Origin: an uncultured virus (IMG/VR IMGVR_UViG_3300005323_000038)
Taxonomy: Duplodnaviria > Heunggongvirae > Uroviricota > Caudoviricetes
Strand: one strand, 5' to 3'
DNA length: 53,851 nucleotides
Virus record (IMG/VR): IMGVR_UViG_3300005323_000038
The notes below the pieces were generated by a model. The model did not search any database and was not told the DNA's origin. It saw only the letters and a program-made list of their open reading frames with translations. The translations under genes and the position numbers were made by a program. Within the stretch, counting starts at the first letter, position 1, and every line of letters begins with the position of its first letter. Below, one piece after another: positions 1 to 9,833 of this stretch.

Positions 1-175
1 ACTGTTTTTTTCCTTTAACATAAGTCCTATCAGAAAATATAGAGGTAGTTATATTCATTTCTATTCTCTGCATCTGCCTTCCGCATTCTTTGCAGAATAC
101 TTCTGTGTTTTTTGATTCAACTAATATCTCTTCTTTTATTTTGCATTTTTCACATTTATAGTCAAATAATGGCAT
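1..175 (-). CDS. FmdB-like zinc-ribbon protein (partial, runs off the window)
   Basis: Manually translated, not in the ORF track: MPLFDYKCEKC...EVFCKECGRQMQR, the MP.YdY.C..C / C..CG pattern of FmdB-family zinc ribbons; follows the methyltransferase stop. Confidence 0.7.
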   Translation of the reverse strand, partial: MPLFDYKCEKCKIKEEILVESKNTEVFCKECGRQMQRIEMNITTSIFSDRTYVKGKKQ

Positions 176-176
176 G

Positions 177-731
177 CTATCTCACGCAACCTTTCAATAA
201 ATATAAACAGAATGGGATCTCTCCAATTATATTCTTATGATATTCAAGGACTTCATATTTTTGGAATATATCTTGAGGACGAATAAAACTTATATGTCTT
301 TCTGTTGGTTTTGGTTTATCGTCAATGTTATTTAATATCACCGCTCCTTGAGGACAATCAAGAGGAGTCAATATTACAATATATTTGCTTAAATAATAAG
401 CAATATCTAATAAATCAAAAATCTTACTATGAGGAACATGTTCAAGAACATCTCCGAATATAACAAGATCGTATTTTCTTTCTTTCTCGATTTTGTCCAG
501 GATTGGAACATCAAAATATTCGTTATGAATGTTGCGATATCCCTCTGGCTTCAATTTATCAAGATATGCTTGTTCTGGTTCGCAGCCGTCTAAAGTATTT
601 ATCAAGCCACTTAAGAGTTTTCCATATTTGCCAGCTCCAACGCCGACATCGAATACTTTTTTAATATTATATTTTCTTACGATATTTTTTACATTCTCAT
701 TATAATAGTCAAAACTATAAGGCATTTTCAA
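177..731 (-). CDS. Class I SAM-dependent methyltransferase
   Basis: Motif I VFDVGVGAGKYG; YDLVIFGDVLEH motif typical of Methyltransf_23-like enzymes. Confidence 0.85.
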   Translation of the reverse strand: MKMPYSFDYYNENVKNIVRKYNIKKVFDVGVGAGKYGKLLSGLINTLDGCEPEQAYLDKLKPEGYRNIHNEYFDVPILDKIEKERKYDLVIFGDVLEHVPHSKIFDLLDIAYYLSKYIVILTPLDCPQGAVILNNIDDKPKPTERHISFIRPQDIFQKYEVLEYHKNIIGEIPFCLYLLKGCVR

Positions 732-1881
732 GAACTCCTTTTATTGTTTTTGCAATATCTGAATATTTAAATCCTGAATAGATAAATTTCGATATTGTTT
801 CTGGATTTGATGTTTTATTTTTCCATTGTTCATAAACCATTCTCATTTTCTTTCTTACATCAAATATATCTGGTTCATAATACATATAGACTTCGTTTTC
901 AGATCCACCATCAGGGAAATGATGCCTTCCACTAAGTCTTGATGTCCAATCTATATTTGCTTTTACAAAATAAGGATAGAACGCTGAAAGATATGTTTGT
1001 GGGCCATGCGCATTAGTTGTTATAGTTGGAATACCACAAGAAACAGCTTCAAGAGGAACTAAGCCAAATCCATCTCCTCTATGTATAGATAAAACGCAAT
1101 TTGAAGTCTTATATAACTTTGCCATATCTTCATGATTCATGCTTTGTGAACGATAGTAAGTGTGTAATTGTTTAAGAGGATACTTATTTAAAATATCTAT
1201 GTATTCTCTATAATACTCTCCATGTCTATCCGCAGTATTTCCTTCATTTCTTTTCTGAGAGGTTGTTTGGATTATTAATTCAACCATATCGTCATTATTA
1301 AACTCTTGCATAAATGAATTTATTGCTACGTCTGCGCCTTTAAAGTTGCAAATAGAGTTACACATTAAGAATTGGCATCTTTTGTTTTTATCATTATTCA
1401 AATTATCTATATTAAATATGGTTTCATCAACGCCATGAGGAATTACAATTGAATCCATACCGTTTATTTTTAGTCCATGAGAATTTGCCTCAGACGGAGT
1501 AAATATCATATCAAACACTCTAAAATAATCATTCCATTCAAGAGGGAAATTTATATGTGACCAAACGGTATAGAATATATGTTTTTTTGCATTTACATTT
1601 GCTCTTTTTTTGTTGTATTTCGGATCGACAAGAAAATAAATAGCGAAATCAAATACATTATCTTTTAATTCCTCCTCTGTTATTAGAATATTTCTGAATG
1701 TTTCTATTTCGTCTTTTTTCCAAGGACAATATTCTTTTATGCTGTCTTCCAATGACATATCTCTATTAGTCCATAGAAATTTTATATCTACTCCAATTTT
1801 TGCAAGAGATGATATTAAATTTATATTAACTCCAGAGAAAGAGGAGTGTCTAAAAATACTTCCAATTAATAGAATTTTCAT
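715..1881 (-). CDS. GT-B fold (GT4-like) glycosyltransferase
   Basis: VIPHGVD motif; KG in the C-terminal domain; RGDGFGLVPLEAVSCGIPTI (EX7E-type motif). Confidence 0.85.
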   Translation of the reverse strand: MKILLIGSIFRHSSFSGVNINLISSLAKIGVDIKFLWTNRDMSLEDSIKEYCPWKKDEIETFRNILITEEELKDNVFDFAIYFLVDPKYNKKRANVNAKKHIFYTVWSHINFPLEWNDYFRVFDMIFTPSEANSHGLKINGMDSIVIPHGVDETIFNIDNLNNDKNKRCQFLMCNSICNFKGADVAINSFMQEFNNDDMVELIIQTTSQKRNEGNTADRHGEYYREYIDILNKYPLKQLHTYYRSQSMNHEDMAKLYKTSNCVLSIHRGDGFGLVPLEAVSCGIPTITTNAHGPQTYLSAFYPYFVKANIDWTSRLSGRHHFPDGGSENEVYMYYEPDIFDVRKKMRMVYEQWKNKTSNPETISKFIYSGFKYSDIAKTIKGVLENAL

Positions 1882-1882
1882 A

Positions 1883-2974
1883 TTATCTCGTCAGCCTTTC
1901 AATTGATTTTTTTATCTCGCTTCCATATATTCCAAATCTTTCTTCGAAAACGCTATATGCCTTTTGATCTATTATTCCTCTTGATTGCATTTCTTTTGCA
2001 AGCCTCATATTTCTTTTTAAATCTTCTGCGTCTGTCGTAATCCATCTCATTGTTTCATCATAGTTTGGGTTATGTGGAAATCTAAAAGCTTGAGTTATTT
2101 TAGAACTTACTGGAAAACTTGCACCGGGAATAAAGTAATCTACCTGACCACCTTTAGAAGGAGCGATTACAGGTCTGCCAAGAGCCATTGATTCAAGATA
2201 TCCTATTCCGCACCCTTCTCCTCTTGATGGCAACACAAATGCGTCTGCTTGCTTGTTTAAAGACCAAACATCCTCTATTGGAAGAATCTCATTTATGACG
2301 ATACATTGGCATTTCGCTTGATATTTCTGTTTGAATGCTTTTATTTCGTTTTCTATCGATGCACTGTTTTCACATTGAGAGAAGCAACAAGTCTTTATTA
2401 AGAGGCATAAGTTTTCTTCATTTCTGAATTCTGAAAAATATGCATCTAATAAAATATCCCATCCTTTTCTTGGAGTCCATTCAGAGTTAGCAAAAAATAT
2501 AAAAGTATCGTCTTTCTTCTTTATGGTAAACATATCCGATTTAGATTCTCTTATCTTTTGCATATCCAATGGCATCAAAGAAATAAAGTGTGGAATTCTT
2601 AATCCTGACGTGATAAAAGAGGCAGCAGAAAAATAACTCATAGTCCATAATTCATCTGCCTGGTTGCAGTAATCAATCCATTGATGACTTACTCGATCTG
2701 TTTCCGCGACTGTCATAAGGATATTTTTTACTTTGCCAATTCTTTTAAAACAAGGCGGTATTACATTTTGTATCACTACATCAAAATTAAAATCATCTAA
2801 TTCTTCTTTTGTTATAGCGAATCTTTCTATCTCTTCTTTGTCCGGATATTTTGTTCCTTTTTCGATAAGGAATTTTGTCTCTATCCCATTTGCATTAAAG
2901 GCTTTTATAAATTCACGGCTGTTCCTTGCGTATCCTGATGATTCGTGATATCCAAATATCCAAAGGATTTTCAT
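1883..2974 (-). CDS. GT-B fold (GT4-like) glycosyltransferase
   Basis: SGYA N-terminus; RKGWDILL; FVLPSRGEGCGIGYLESMALGRPVI. Confidence 0.9.
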   Translation of the reverse strand: MKILWIFGYHESSGYARNSREFIKAFNANGIETKFLIEKGTKYPDKEEIERFAITKEELDDFNFDVVIQNVIPPCFKRIGKVKNILMTVAETDRVSHQWIDYCNQADELWTMSYFSAASFITSGLRIPHFISLMPLDMQKIRESKSDMFTIKKKDDTFIFFANSEWTPRKGWDILLDAYFSEFRNEENLCLLIKTCCFSQCENSASIENEIKAFKQKYQAKCQCIVINEILPIEDVWSLNKQADAFVLPSRGEGCGIGYLESMALGRPVIAPSKGGQVDYFIPGASFPVSSKITQAFRFPHNPNYDETMRWITTDAEDLKRNMRLAKEMQSRGIIDQKAYSVFEERFGIYGSEIKKSIERLTR

Positions 2975-4180
2975 TTAAATCACCACCATTGTTTTGTTTT
3001 CTTTTGCTGAATTAAATATATGCTCAAAATATGGTGATATGTTATTCCAAGACATAGAACCTTGTTTTAAAGACATGCTTTCTCGATATTCATACGATCT
3101 TGTTTCGACTCTTCTTTCATAAATATCTTTCATATGTTTTACGACCGACATAACATTTGGAAAATTCCTTATGTTTGAATTGTCATTTGGAAATATTATT
3201 TTATCTGGATTTGCGTCAGCAACAATGCTCCCAATAATATATTGGGATAATTCTTTTTGAACTGAATTGTCATATACAATTGTATGCCGACCAACAGCGG
3301 AGGAATATAGAGTTGGAAGTCCAAATCCTTCTCCAATTGATAACAATACATTTAAATCCATCGTATTATATAATGAATTCATTTTCTCGTCTGTAAGAGG
3401 AACTGTATCTGATAATATAACAACTTTATCTTTTACTCCATATGTTTCAGCTATCATCTTTAAATTAAATTCATCTATTGCAAATCCATTTGTTGTATAG
3501 CATAAAAATATCGCATCATCCGATATCGTTTTACAGAAATGGGCGAATGATTGTATTGCTTCAGGCCATCTCTTTCTGTTAAAGTTTTTAGCAATCATTC
3601 CCATGATAAATGTATCATCAGTTGTCTTGGGAATAGAGGATAAAACTTGTTTTCTATGTTTTAATACTTCTTCATCCGATAAAGCATAAAATATTTTTGA
3701 ATCAAATCCATGAGGGATTACATCAACGGCATCTTTTGGCAAAAATCCACCATTCTCAATTAAGTACTTCTGCCATTTTGTAGGAGTAATTACTTTATCT
3801 ATAAATTTAAGATAATACGCCCAAGAACTATCTATTGGAGCGCCATCAAAAACGACATAAGAAATCCAATAAATTTTATCCAAAATTCCTTGCATTGCCG
3901 CATAGTATTGAGGCATATAATACCCATCATTTAATGTAAAAATTATGTCCGGTTTTATAACTTTAGCCAGAGGAAGAACCTCTCTTAAACCATAATTGCT
4001 CCTTGCAATATAAACTTTGACTTTCCCATCAAATGTTTTTACCGGCATAGAGCAATTATAATTACATGCTAAAACTGTAATCTCAAATTTATCGCATAAG
4101 TTTTTTGTTATATTTTCCAAAACCTGAGCAAATCCTGTAGGAGAAGAATAATCCCCTACTATAAAAATCTTTTTCACCAA
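2975..4180 (-). CDS. GT-B fold (GT4-like) glycosyltransferase
   Basis: GDYSSPTGFAQV; VIPHGFD; NRKRW; SIGEGFGLPTL. Confidence 0.85.
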   Translation of the reverse strand: MVKKIFIVGDYSSPTGFAQVLENITKNLCDKFEITVLACNYNCSMPVKTFDGKVKVYIARSNYGLREVLPLAKVIKPDIIFTLNDGYYMPQYYAAMQGILDKIYWISYVVFDGAPIDSSWAYYLKFIDKVITPTKWQKYLIENGGFLPKDAVDVIPHGFDSKIFYALSDEEVLKHRKQVLSSIPKTTDDTFIMGMIAKNFNRKRWPEAIQSFAHFCKTISDDAIFLCYTTNGFAIDEFNLKMIAETYGVKDKVVILSDTVPLTDEKMNSLYNTMDLNVLLSIGEGFGLPTLYSSAVGRHTIVYDNSVQKELSQYIIGSIVADANPDKIIFPNDNSNIRNFPNVMSVVKHMKDIYERRVETRSYEYRESMSLKQGSMSWNNISPYFEHIFNSAKENKTMVVI

Positions 4181-4198
4181 CGTCTCCTTTAGTAAAAA

Positions 4199-4411
4199 TT
4201 ATTTCTTTTCCAATTCTTCTTTATTCTCTGTTGTGGGTTCTTCTTTTTTGCCAACTAATTCTTCAGAAAATTTATCGTATGATTCATATTTTTGAGCAAA
4301 AGACTTATTCTCTGATTTGAATTTATCGTATTTTTCTTGTAAATCTTTATCAGACTTTACCCATTCTAAATTCATCATATTATTTTCCTTCTTTGCCAAA
4401 GTTATCAACAA
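4199..4411 (-). CDS. Small hypothetical protein (start probably at the internal MMNLEW)
   Basis: Co-oriented ORF filling the operon gap, AAGGA upstream of the internal ATG. Confidence 0.5.
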   Translation of the reverse strand: MLITLAKKENNMMNLEWVKSDKDLQEKYDKFKSENKSFAQKYESYDKFSEELVGKKEEPTTENKEELEKK

Positions 4412-4826
4412 CTCTTTGTAATTCCTTTATAAGAAGATAGCCTTTGTTTGCTTTCTCACATTCTTCTTTAAGTCTTTTAACTTTTGATAAGCTTTTGAAT
4501 TCACATGCAGAATTTACGATCTCTTCATCGGTTTTGACAATAATTTCTGCCATTTCATTGTAGTCTTTGTTGTTTATGACTTTTTTATTTACATTCTTTG
4601 CCATTTCTTTCATTGCTGTTTCATTTATCTCAAGCATGTCCATTTCTGACCATGATTTAGAGGTTGATAAAACGAGTAATTCATTTTCTGTAATTGCCAC
4701 TATATCTCCAGGTTCAACCGCAACGTCTGTTCCATTCTGAAACTGAACTCCATATGTTTCATTTTGTGAATTATTTTTAAAGCGTTTTAATTTTAATCCT
4801 TCTCTTTCACCTAATAATCTTCCCAT
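4380..4826 (-). CDS. Hypothetical protein downstream of the major capsid gene
   Basis: AAGGAG RBS and its own promoter. Confidence 0.65.
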   Translation of the reverse strand: MGRLLGEREGLKLKRFKNNSQNETYGVQFQNGTDVAVEPGDIVAITENELLVLSTSKSWSEMDMLEINETAMKEMAKNVNKKVINNKDYNEMAEIIVKTDEEIVNSACEFKSLSKVKRLKEECEKANKGYLLIKELQRVVDNFGKEGK

Positions 4827-4859
4827 ATTGATGTCTCCTTCTGTTTAAAAATTGAGCAA

Positions 4860-4888
4860 ATTATAAACTAAATCTAAAATAATGTCAA
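4860..4888 (-). promoter_or_regulatory. sigma70/sigmaA-type promoter for the 4826 ORF and glycosyltransferase cluster
   Basis: Minus strand TTGACA (4888-4883), 17 bp spacer, TATAAT (4865-4860). Confidence 0.75.
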
Positions 4889-4896
4889 CGGGTCTA

Positions 4897-4927
4897 AATA
4901 AAAAATCCCCGACTTTCGCCGGGGATG
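4897..4927 (-). terminator. Rho-independent terminator after the major capsid gene
   Basis: ATCCCCG/CGGGGAT stem followed by a T-run on the minus strand. Confidence 0.75.
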
Positions 4928-4954
4928 TTTCTATTAATAAACTAACGGAGACGA

Positions 4955-5917
4955 TTAGCCTATTTCATAGTAACCAATTCTACGTTTGTCGATTATTGCT
5001 GCTGCGTAATCCTGATATGTGTGATGGATTTCGGCAGGTATAGTTACGTTAAAGTCATTTAATGTCTGGACATTTGTTTTACCTTCATAACCGCATTTGC
5101 CACCAACAAGGAATATACCGTTTTCGTCAACTACTGGCATTTCAAGTTTATTTTTAAGTGAGTCAATATAAACTTCATTGCTTTCGTTTACTGCGATAAC
5201 ACTTGCGCCGTGGAATCTGCCAAGGAAACCATTGTTGTCAATGTTTTCTAAGGTCGAAGGGCCAAAACCTGTGAAGTCACAAATCTGACTTACAAGAGAA
5301 TAACGGCCTATAATTGCTTTTGGCTGGCTACCGCTTGATTTGTCAACTAACTGACGGATTAACGATTTTAATGTAGCTGCCTGCAATGAAGCTGATTTAC
5401 CATAGATGCATTCGCCATCATTTGTGATTGAAGCTTTAATGAGTTCGATACATTTTTTCAGTCTTGCAAGAGCCATTTTTTCGTTGATGTCTGCGCCGTT
5501 GTTTAAAATTGTCTGTAAGAAAGTATTTGAAAGTTCCGATACGTCAAATGAAGTCATCCAAGAAATACGTTCCATCGATACACGAAGTTCATTGGAATAT
5601 GTCATCTGTGTTGGAGCAGGAGTACCAATTGCGTGAATGATTGCGCTACCAGTTTTGTAACCTGTTTTAACTACCATTGTGCTACCTTCAACCTGAGCTG
5701 GAGTGAACATCATTGAAGCAAGGTCAACAACCGGAGGCTGTTCAAATATATAATCGTTCATAACGATCGTTGTAGCAATAGCAAGACCTTTTTTTGCACC
5801 ATGTTTTGCCATTAATGCCCTTGCATTTTCTTCAAATTTTTCCTGACTAAATTTGCCCTTTGCTTGAGCAGTTTCTATTTTTTCCATTAATTTTGCAACT
5901 ACTAATTGTTTATTCAT
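4955..5917 (-). CDS. Major capsid protein (probable)
   Basis: 320 aa; position after portal-protease-scaffold-decoration; C-terminal GFLGRFHGASV...IFLVG pattern seen in HK97-fold capsids; followed by a terminator. Confidence 0.7.
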   Translation of the reverse strand: MNKQLVVAKLMEKIETAQAKGKFSQEKFEENARALMAKHGAKKGLAIATTIVMNDYIFEQPPVVDLASMMFTPAQVEGSTMVVKTGYKTGSAIIHAIGTPAPTQMTYSNELRVSMERISWMTSFDVSELSNTFLQTILNNGADINEKMALARLKKCIELIKASITNDGECIYGKSASLQAATLKSLIRQLVDKSSGSQPKAIIGRYSLVSQICDFTGFGPSTLENIDNNGFLGRFHGASVIAVNESNEVYIDSLKNKLEMPVVDENGIFLVGGKCGYEGKTNVQTLNDFNVTIPAEIHHTYQDYAAAIIDKRRIGYYEIG

Positions 5918-5949
5918 TTTATATCCTTCCTTTTTATCTTATTAATTTA

Positions 5950-5970
5950 ATGAGGGCTAAAAAGCCCTCA
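5950..5970. promoter_or_regulatory. Perfect stem-loop between the decoration and capsid genes (mRNA stabiliser or attenuator)
   Basis: ATGAGGGCT-AAA-AGCCCTCAT. Confidence 0.45.
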
Positions 5971-5977
5971 TGATTTG

Positions 5978-6460
5978 TTAGAATATGCTATCCATTTTCA
6001 GAGTGAGCAAAGCGCCTGATGGGGATAATGCTTTGTAATCTTCGACATGGAAGAATTTCGCTGTAGCGGCAACTGCTGAACCTGATGCAACAATTTTACC
6101 CGAAACGCTAATGCCTGTATAATCACCTTTTGTATATGAGCCGGCAGTAAAGCTATCTGAGTCAACTGTGAATTCTACGCCATTAAGAACCTGTATTTTT
6201 GTGCCTGAAGCATAACCTGTAATAAATCCATTAGGATCTACAGTTGTAAGGTTATTCTGAACAAGTCCAACAATACCTACTGCTTTTGCTGCTTCTTCTT
6301 CTGATGTTGGTTTACGCGCAATGAGTACATTTGAGTTCGTATCTTTTTCGATAAGAACTACGTCTCCGCCATTAAGAGCTTCGCCTGCTTTTACTGATTT
6401 GCAATTTGCAAGATTTAAGTCACTATAAGGAGTATTTAACCAAAACATTTTTAATTCCAC
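5978..6460 (-). CDS. Putative capsid decoration/cement protein
   Basis: Small Gly/Ala-rich beta-type protein (AGEAL.GGDVV...AVGIV) between scaffold and MCP. Confidence 0.55.
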   Translation of the reverse strand: MELKMFWLNTPYSDLNLANCKSVKAGEALNGGDVVLIEKDTNSNVLIARKPTSEEEAAKAVGIVGLVQNNLTTVDPNGFITGYASGTKIQVLNGVEFTVDSDSFTAGSYTKGDYTGISVSGKIVASGSAVAATAKFFHVEDYKALSPSGALLTLKMDSIF

Positions 6461-6467
6461 CTTTCAA

Positions 6468-7031
6468 TTATTTTATATTTTTTGACATTTTAGATAAAGC
6501 CTGTTCAGGAGAATCTTTTATTTCAAGATTCATTTCGCCTGAAGCATTTATGTTATCCTGATCTTTGATTATTGCCGCTTGAGCCATAGCCTTAGCATTT
6601 TTATCTGCTTCTTCCATAGCCGTTACAATTACTGCAAGGTTTTCGTCAAATTCTTTGACTGATGCAAAAGACATAAGTTTATTCACAACAGTTTCCGATT
6701 TAATACCTTTTTCTGTAATCGCTTTTTCTCTACGATTTTTTTCCTCTGATTCTTTTTGTTTTGCCGTTGCTAATTCTGCCGTTTTCTTTGCGACTTCATT
6801 TTTGCAGTCAGATACAAATTTATCTGATTCAAGTTCCATTATTCTTTCATTCTGATTTGCAATAACGAGTTCTTTTTCTTTGAGGTCGTTAGTATTTTTA
6901 TCAAATGCTATCGCTAACTCACCCTGTGCTTTTTTAATCTCTTCCATCTGATCAGTTAAAGCTTTATTATCTTTTGCTGAAGCCGTAACAAGTTCACGGA
7001 TAGAAGCAATTTTTTCTAAAAGTTCCTTCAT
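6468..7031 (-). CDS. Putative head scaffolding protein
   Basis: Charged coiled-coil, located between protease and capsid genes. Confidence 0.55.
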   Translation of the reverse strand: MKELLEKIASIRELVTASAKDNKALTDQMEEIKKAQGELAIAFDKNTNDLKEKELVIANQNERIMELESDKFVSDCKNEVAKKTAELATAKQKESEEKNRREKAITEKGIKSETVVNKLMSFASVKEFDENLAVIVTAMEEADKNAKAMAQAAIIKDQDNINASGEMNLEIKDSPEQALSKMSKNIK

Positions 7032-7894
7032 TTTTTATCCCCTTTCAAAGTATTTTCTATGTCGTTGAGTTGCTGTAAAAGTTCTTTTATTTGTTCATCG
7101 CTTGCTGCAATGAATGATTTACTATCTCTATATGCCGGCCTTTCGCCATTTAGAACGACTGCTTCTCCAACTGGTTCTATCTCTCTGAGAATTCTGAAAG
7201 CTTCCGAATCTGGAGCCATTCTTCCTTTAAGGTGAACGCAATAATCGCTTTCATTTGCATGGTTATAAAACTTGCCACCACAAACTGAACACTCTGCCTC
7301 TGAGAAATAAATCTCATAAGAGAATGGAACGCTTCCTGTTGCATCGTATGTTACTCTTGCTTCTGAAACATATTCATTACATTCAGGTCGGTTTTCCCAA
7401 AGCCTTGCATTTACAAGAAGGATCCTTAAAGGCTCATAAATTGTTGTATTTAATATTGAACCTATTTTTAAATCCTGCTCATGATTGTATGTGCAAGCCT
7501 GACCGGGAAGACATTCTAAAAATTTATACGCATCTTCATAAGCAATACAATCTCTATTTGCATTTGGGTATCCAAACCTAAGAAGAGAATGTCCAACAGA
7601 GAAAGAATCTTTTGCAATAGTAAATCTCTCCGCTATCATTAAAGCCATTTCTCTATCAAATCTATCTTCATCAGATTCCATTCCATTTTCAGGAATTGAT
7701 TCCCAAATTTCATCAAACAAATCCCAATATGAAGTGTCAGCTTTGCAGAGAGAATCTTTAATCTCTGATTTGTTTAACTTTTTCTTGTCTCCGCATTTAG
7801 CAACAACTTCATAAATTGATTGTTTGAGCTTTGCTTTCATTATGTTCTTTTTGTCATAGGTTTTTATACAATTACCTATTGCAAGATGTTTCAT
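7028..7894 (-). CDS. Putative prohead maturation protease
   Basis: N.N.D motif, NHEQ...IGSI, FSYE..., C-terminal CSVCG...YCVHL; follows the portal gene. Confidence 0.6.
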   Translation of the reverse strand: MKHLAIGNCIKTYDKKNIMKAKLKQSIYEVVAKCGDKKKLNKSEIKDSLCKADTSYWDLFDEIWESIPENGMESDEDRFDREMALMIAERFTIAKDSFSVGHSLLRFGYPNANRDCIAYEDAYKFLECLPGQACTYNHEQDLKIGSILNTTIYEPLRILLVNARLWENRPECNEYVSEARVTYDATGSVPFSYEIYFSEAECSVCGGKFYNHANESDYCVHLKGRMAPDSEAFRILREIEPVGEAVVLNGERPAYRDSKSFIAASDEQIKELLQQLNDIENTLKGDKK

Positions 7895-9765
7895 TTAGAT
7901 AACGCCTTCCTCTTTTTGTACTCTGTAAAAACATTATGCAATAGAGCTTTTGATTTGTCAATTATAATTTCTTCTTCTATTTTGTTCTCTACTGCCATTG
8001 CTGTGCAGAGGTCTGAAAATTCAAGACTTTCGTTCAGAATATAATCATAAAAATCGGTTGAATTATCATCTAACATAGTAGAAAACGTACTGCTCATGTG
8101 AGAGGCTGTCAACGTTCCAAGATTCATCTTTTGGTCTGTCGAAAGAGAGTTAGATTTTAATTTTTCAATATAAGATGATATTAAAATACCTCTTGATTCT
8201 TCAACTAATTCTTTAATATTTTTATCTAATATTTTGTCATTGACTGATGCCTTTGCTGAATCTTTTATTTTCTTTATTGTCTTATTTGTATCTTCAACTG
8301 GAGTTGTAGGTCTACCATCTCCTCCGGCTTTAGTATTAGATCCAATCTGGCCTTGAAATGGAACTTCCTGTGGAGAACCAAATACATACTTCGGATCTTT
8401 TTCTTTCTTTTCTGCTTCTTCTCTCATAAGATATTCTTCTACTGTCGCTGAACATCCCATTTTTAAGTTTGCAGAAGTATTAGAAAGAAGGCCTCTATCT
8501 CTCATATTATCAACAACGGTAATTAACCCTTTAACGTCTTCTATATTTGGATTGCTCCACAATGCTTCTATCTTATTAATTTTAATGTTGTTTTGCATTG
8601 CGATATTAAAAGCCATCCATACCCACCATTGGCCTATATTCATTTGACTATCTCTTAGTGTTTCCATTAAAGGTTTGATAGATATTTCTGAACCAGAGTT
8701 GCTTCCTTTTGATTCTCCATTAAGAAGAAACATTGGAATTGCTAATGCTGACGCAATATCTTTATCGACTGTTGCGTATCTTTCATCAAACTTTAATATC
8801 TGTCCATCAGGGCCAACTATATCAGTTTTAACGTGACCAGGCCATACAATATAAAGAGGGCCAGAGGAATCTTTCGCTGAAAGCAATTGAGAGAATTTCT
8901 CAATATCCGCTTTTTTTGCATACGTTCCATCTTTCTGGTTCGCAAGCGAAAATACTGTAATCAGTCCTATAATGCCATCCGTTATAGCTTGGTCAAGTTT
9001 TATTATTTTGCTTTTTCTATAAATTGCTTCAAATGATTTCGTTAAGTATGGAATGCCCCACCAAAAATAAGACTGCCCTCTTCTTGCAATTCTTTTCATA
9101 TTTATTTTTTTAAGTAATTGTTCTCCTGACGCTTTTTCATTTACTGAAACATCGCCATTACCATAATTGTTTTGATAATAAATAAATTCTGATAATCCAT
9201 TCTTTGAACTATCAATTCTAATTCCAAGAGGATTTAATGGAGTAATTGTAGATGGAGCAAAATATTCTTTTCCATTTATCTTTCTATATTCCCATCTAAT
9301 ATATGGGAAACAATTTCCATTTATATTATAATTTGAAAGCATATGCTCATTCAAAATTTTATATCCGGGTAACATTCTATCGTTTGTAATATTTATAAAA
9401 GATTGAATATTTTCCATTATTGCATTTAATTCAGGAGAGTCGGAAACAATCATCATATTTGTATTTGCCATTGTAATAAGCAAATCGAGAGCAGAGGAGC
9501 ATATGCCTCCATAGAGATATAACCTATTTGAAAGAATTATTGATTGTTTGCATAATCCCTCGCTCATGGAAGAGTTGTTTGTGAGCATATTTACATATTG
9601 ATCAAGCCCATTCAAATATATCATTGGGTTAGTCGAAGTAGAGGATGTTACAGACTGAGCAACGCAAAGTTCTTTTTCTCCATTTGCGCTTTTTCTCTCA
9701 AACTGAACAACTCTTGTCTTACTACCGTTCTTATTCTCGGTCATGCCAATAGTTTTTGCTCTCAT
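7891..9765 (-). CDS. Portal protein
   Basis: 624 aa directly after TerL; NGNCFPY, TPLNPL, WGIPYL, IASALAIP and GGDGRP motifs typical of portals. Confidence 0.75.
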   Translation of the reverse strand: MRAKTIGMTENKNGSKTRVVQFERKSANGEKELCVAQSVTSSTSTNPMIYLNGLDQYVNMLTNNSSMSEGLCKQSIILSNRLYLYGGICSSALDLLITMANTNMMIVSDSPELNAIMENIQSFINITNDRMLPGYKILNEHMLSNYNINGNCFPYIRWEYRKINGKEYFAPSTITPLNPLGIRIDSSKNGLSEFIYYQNNYGNGDVSVNEKASGEQLLKKINMKRIARRGQSYFWWGIPYLTKSFEAIYRKSKIIKLDQAITDGIIGLITVFSLANQKDGTYAKKADIEKFSQLLSAKDSSGPLYIVWPGHVKTDIVGPDGQILKFDERYATVDKDIASALAIPMFLLNGESKGSNSGSEISIKPLMETLRDSQMNIGQWWVWMAFNIAMQNNIKINKIEALWSNPNIEDVKGLITVVDNMRDRGLLSNTSANLKMGCSATVEEYLMREEAEKKEKDPKYVFGSPQEVPFQGQIGSNTKAGGDGRPTTPVEDTNKTIKKIKDSAKASVNDKILDKNIKELVEESRGILISSYIEKLKSNSLSTDQKMNLGTLTASHMSSTFSTMLDDNSTDFYDYILNESLEFSDLCTAMAVENKIEEEIIIDKSKALLHNVFTEYKKRKALSK

Positions 9766-9796
9766 AATTCTTCCTTTCCTAAAAATCCTCTAACAT

Positions 9797-9825
9797 ATAT
9801 TAAACTCAAGTGAAAATATTGTCAA
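9797..9825 (-). promoter_or_regulatory. sigma70-type promoter for the portal/head operon
   Basis: Minus strand TTGACA, 17 bp, TAATAT. Confidence 0.55.
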
Positions 9826-9833
9826 ATAAAATT

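Noticed and set aside
4851..4860. ATTGAGCAAA as a target of the orphan omegaRNA guide at the GT-operon promoter
   Set aside because: Only 10 nt match, the first two seed positions mismatch, and there is no TAM-like flank
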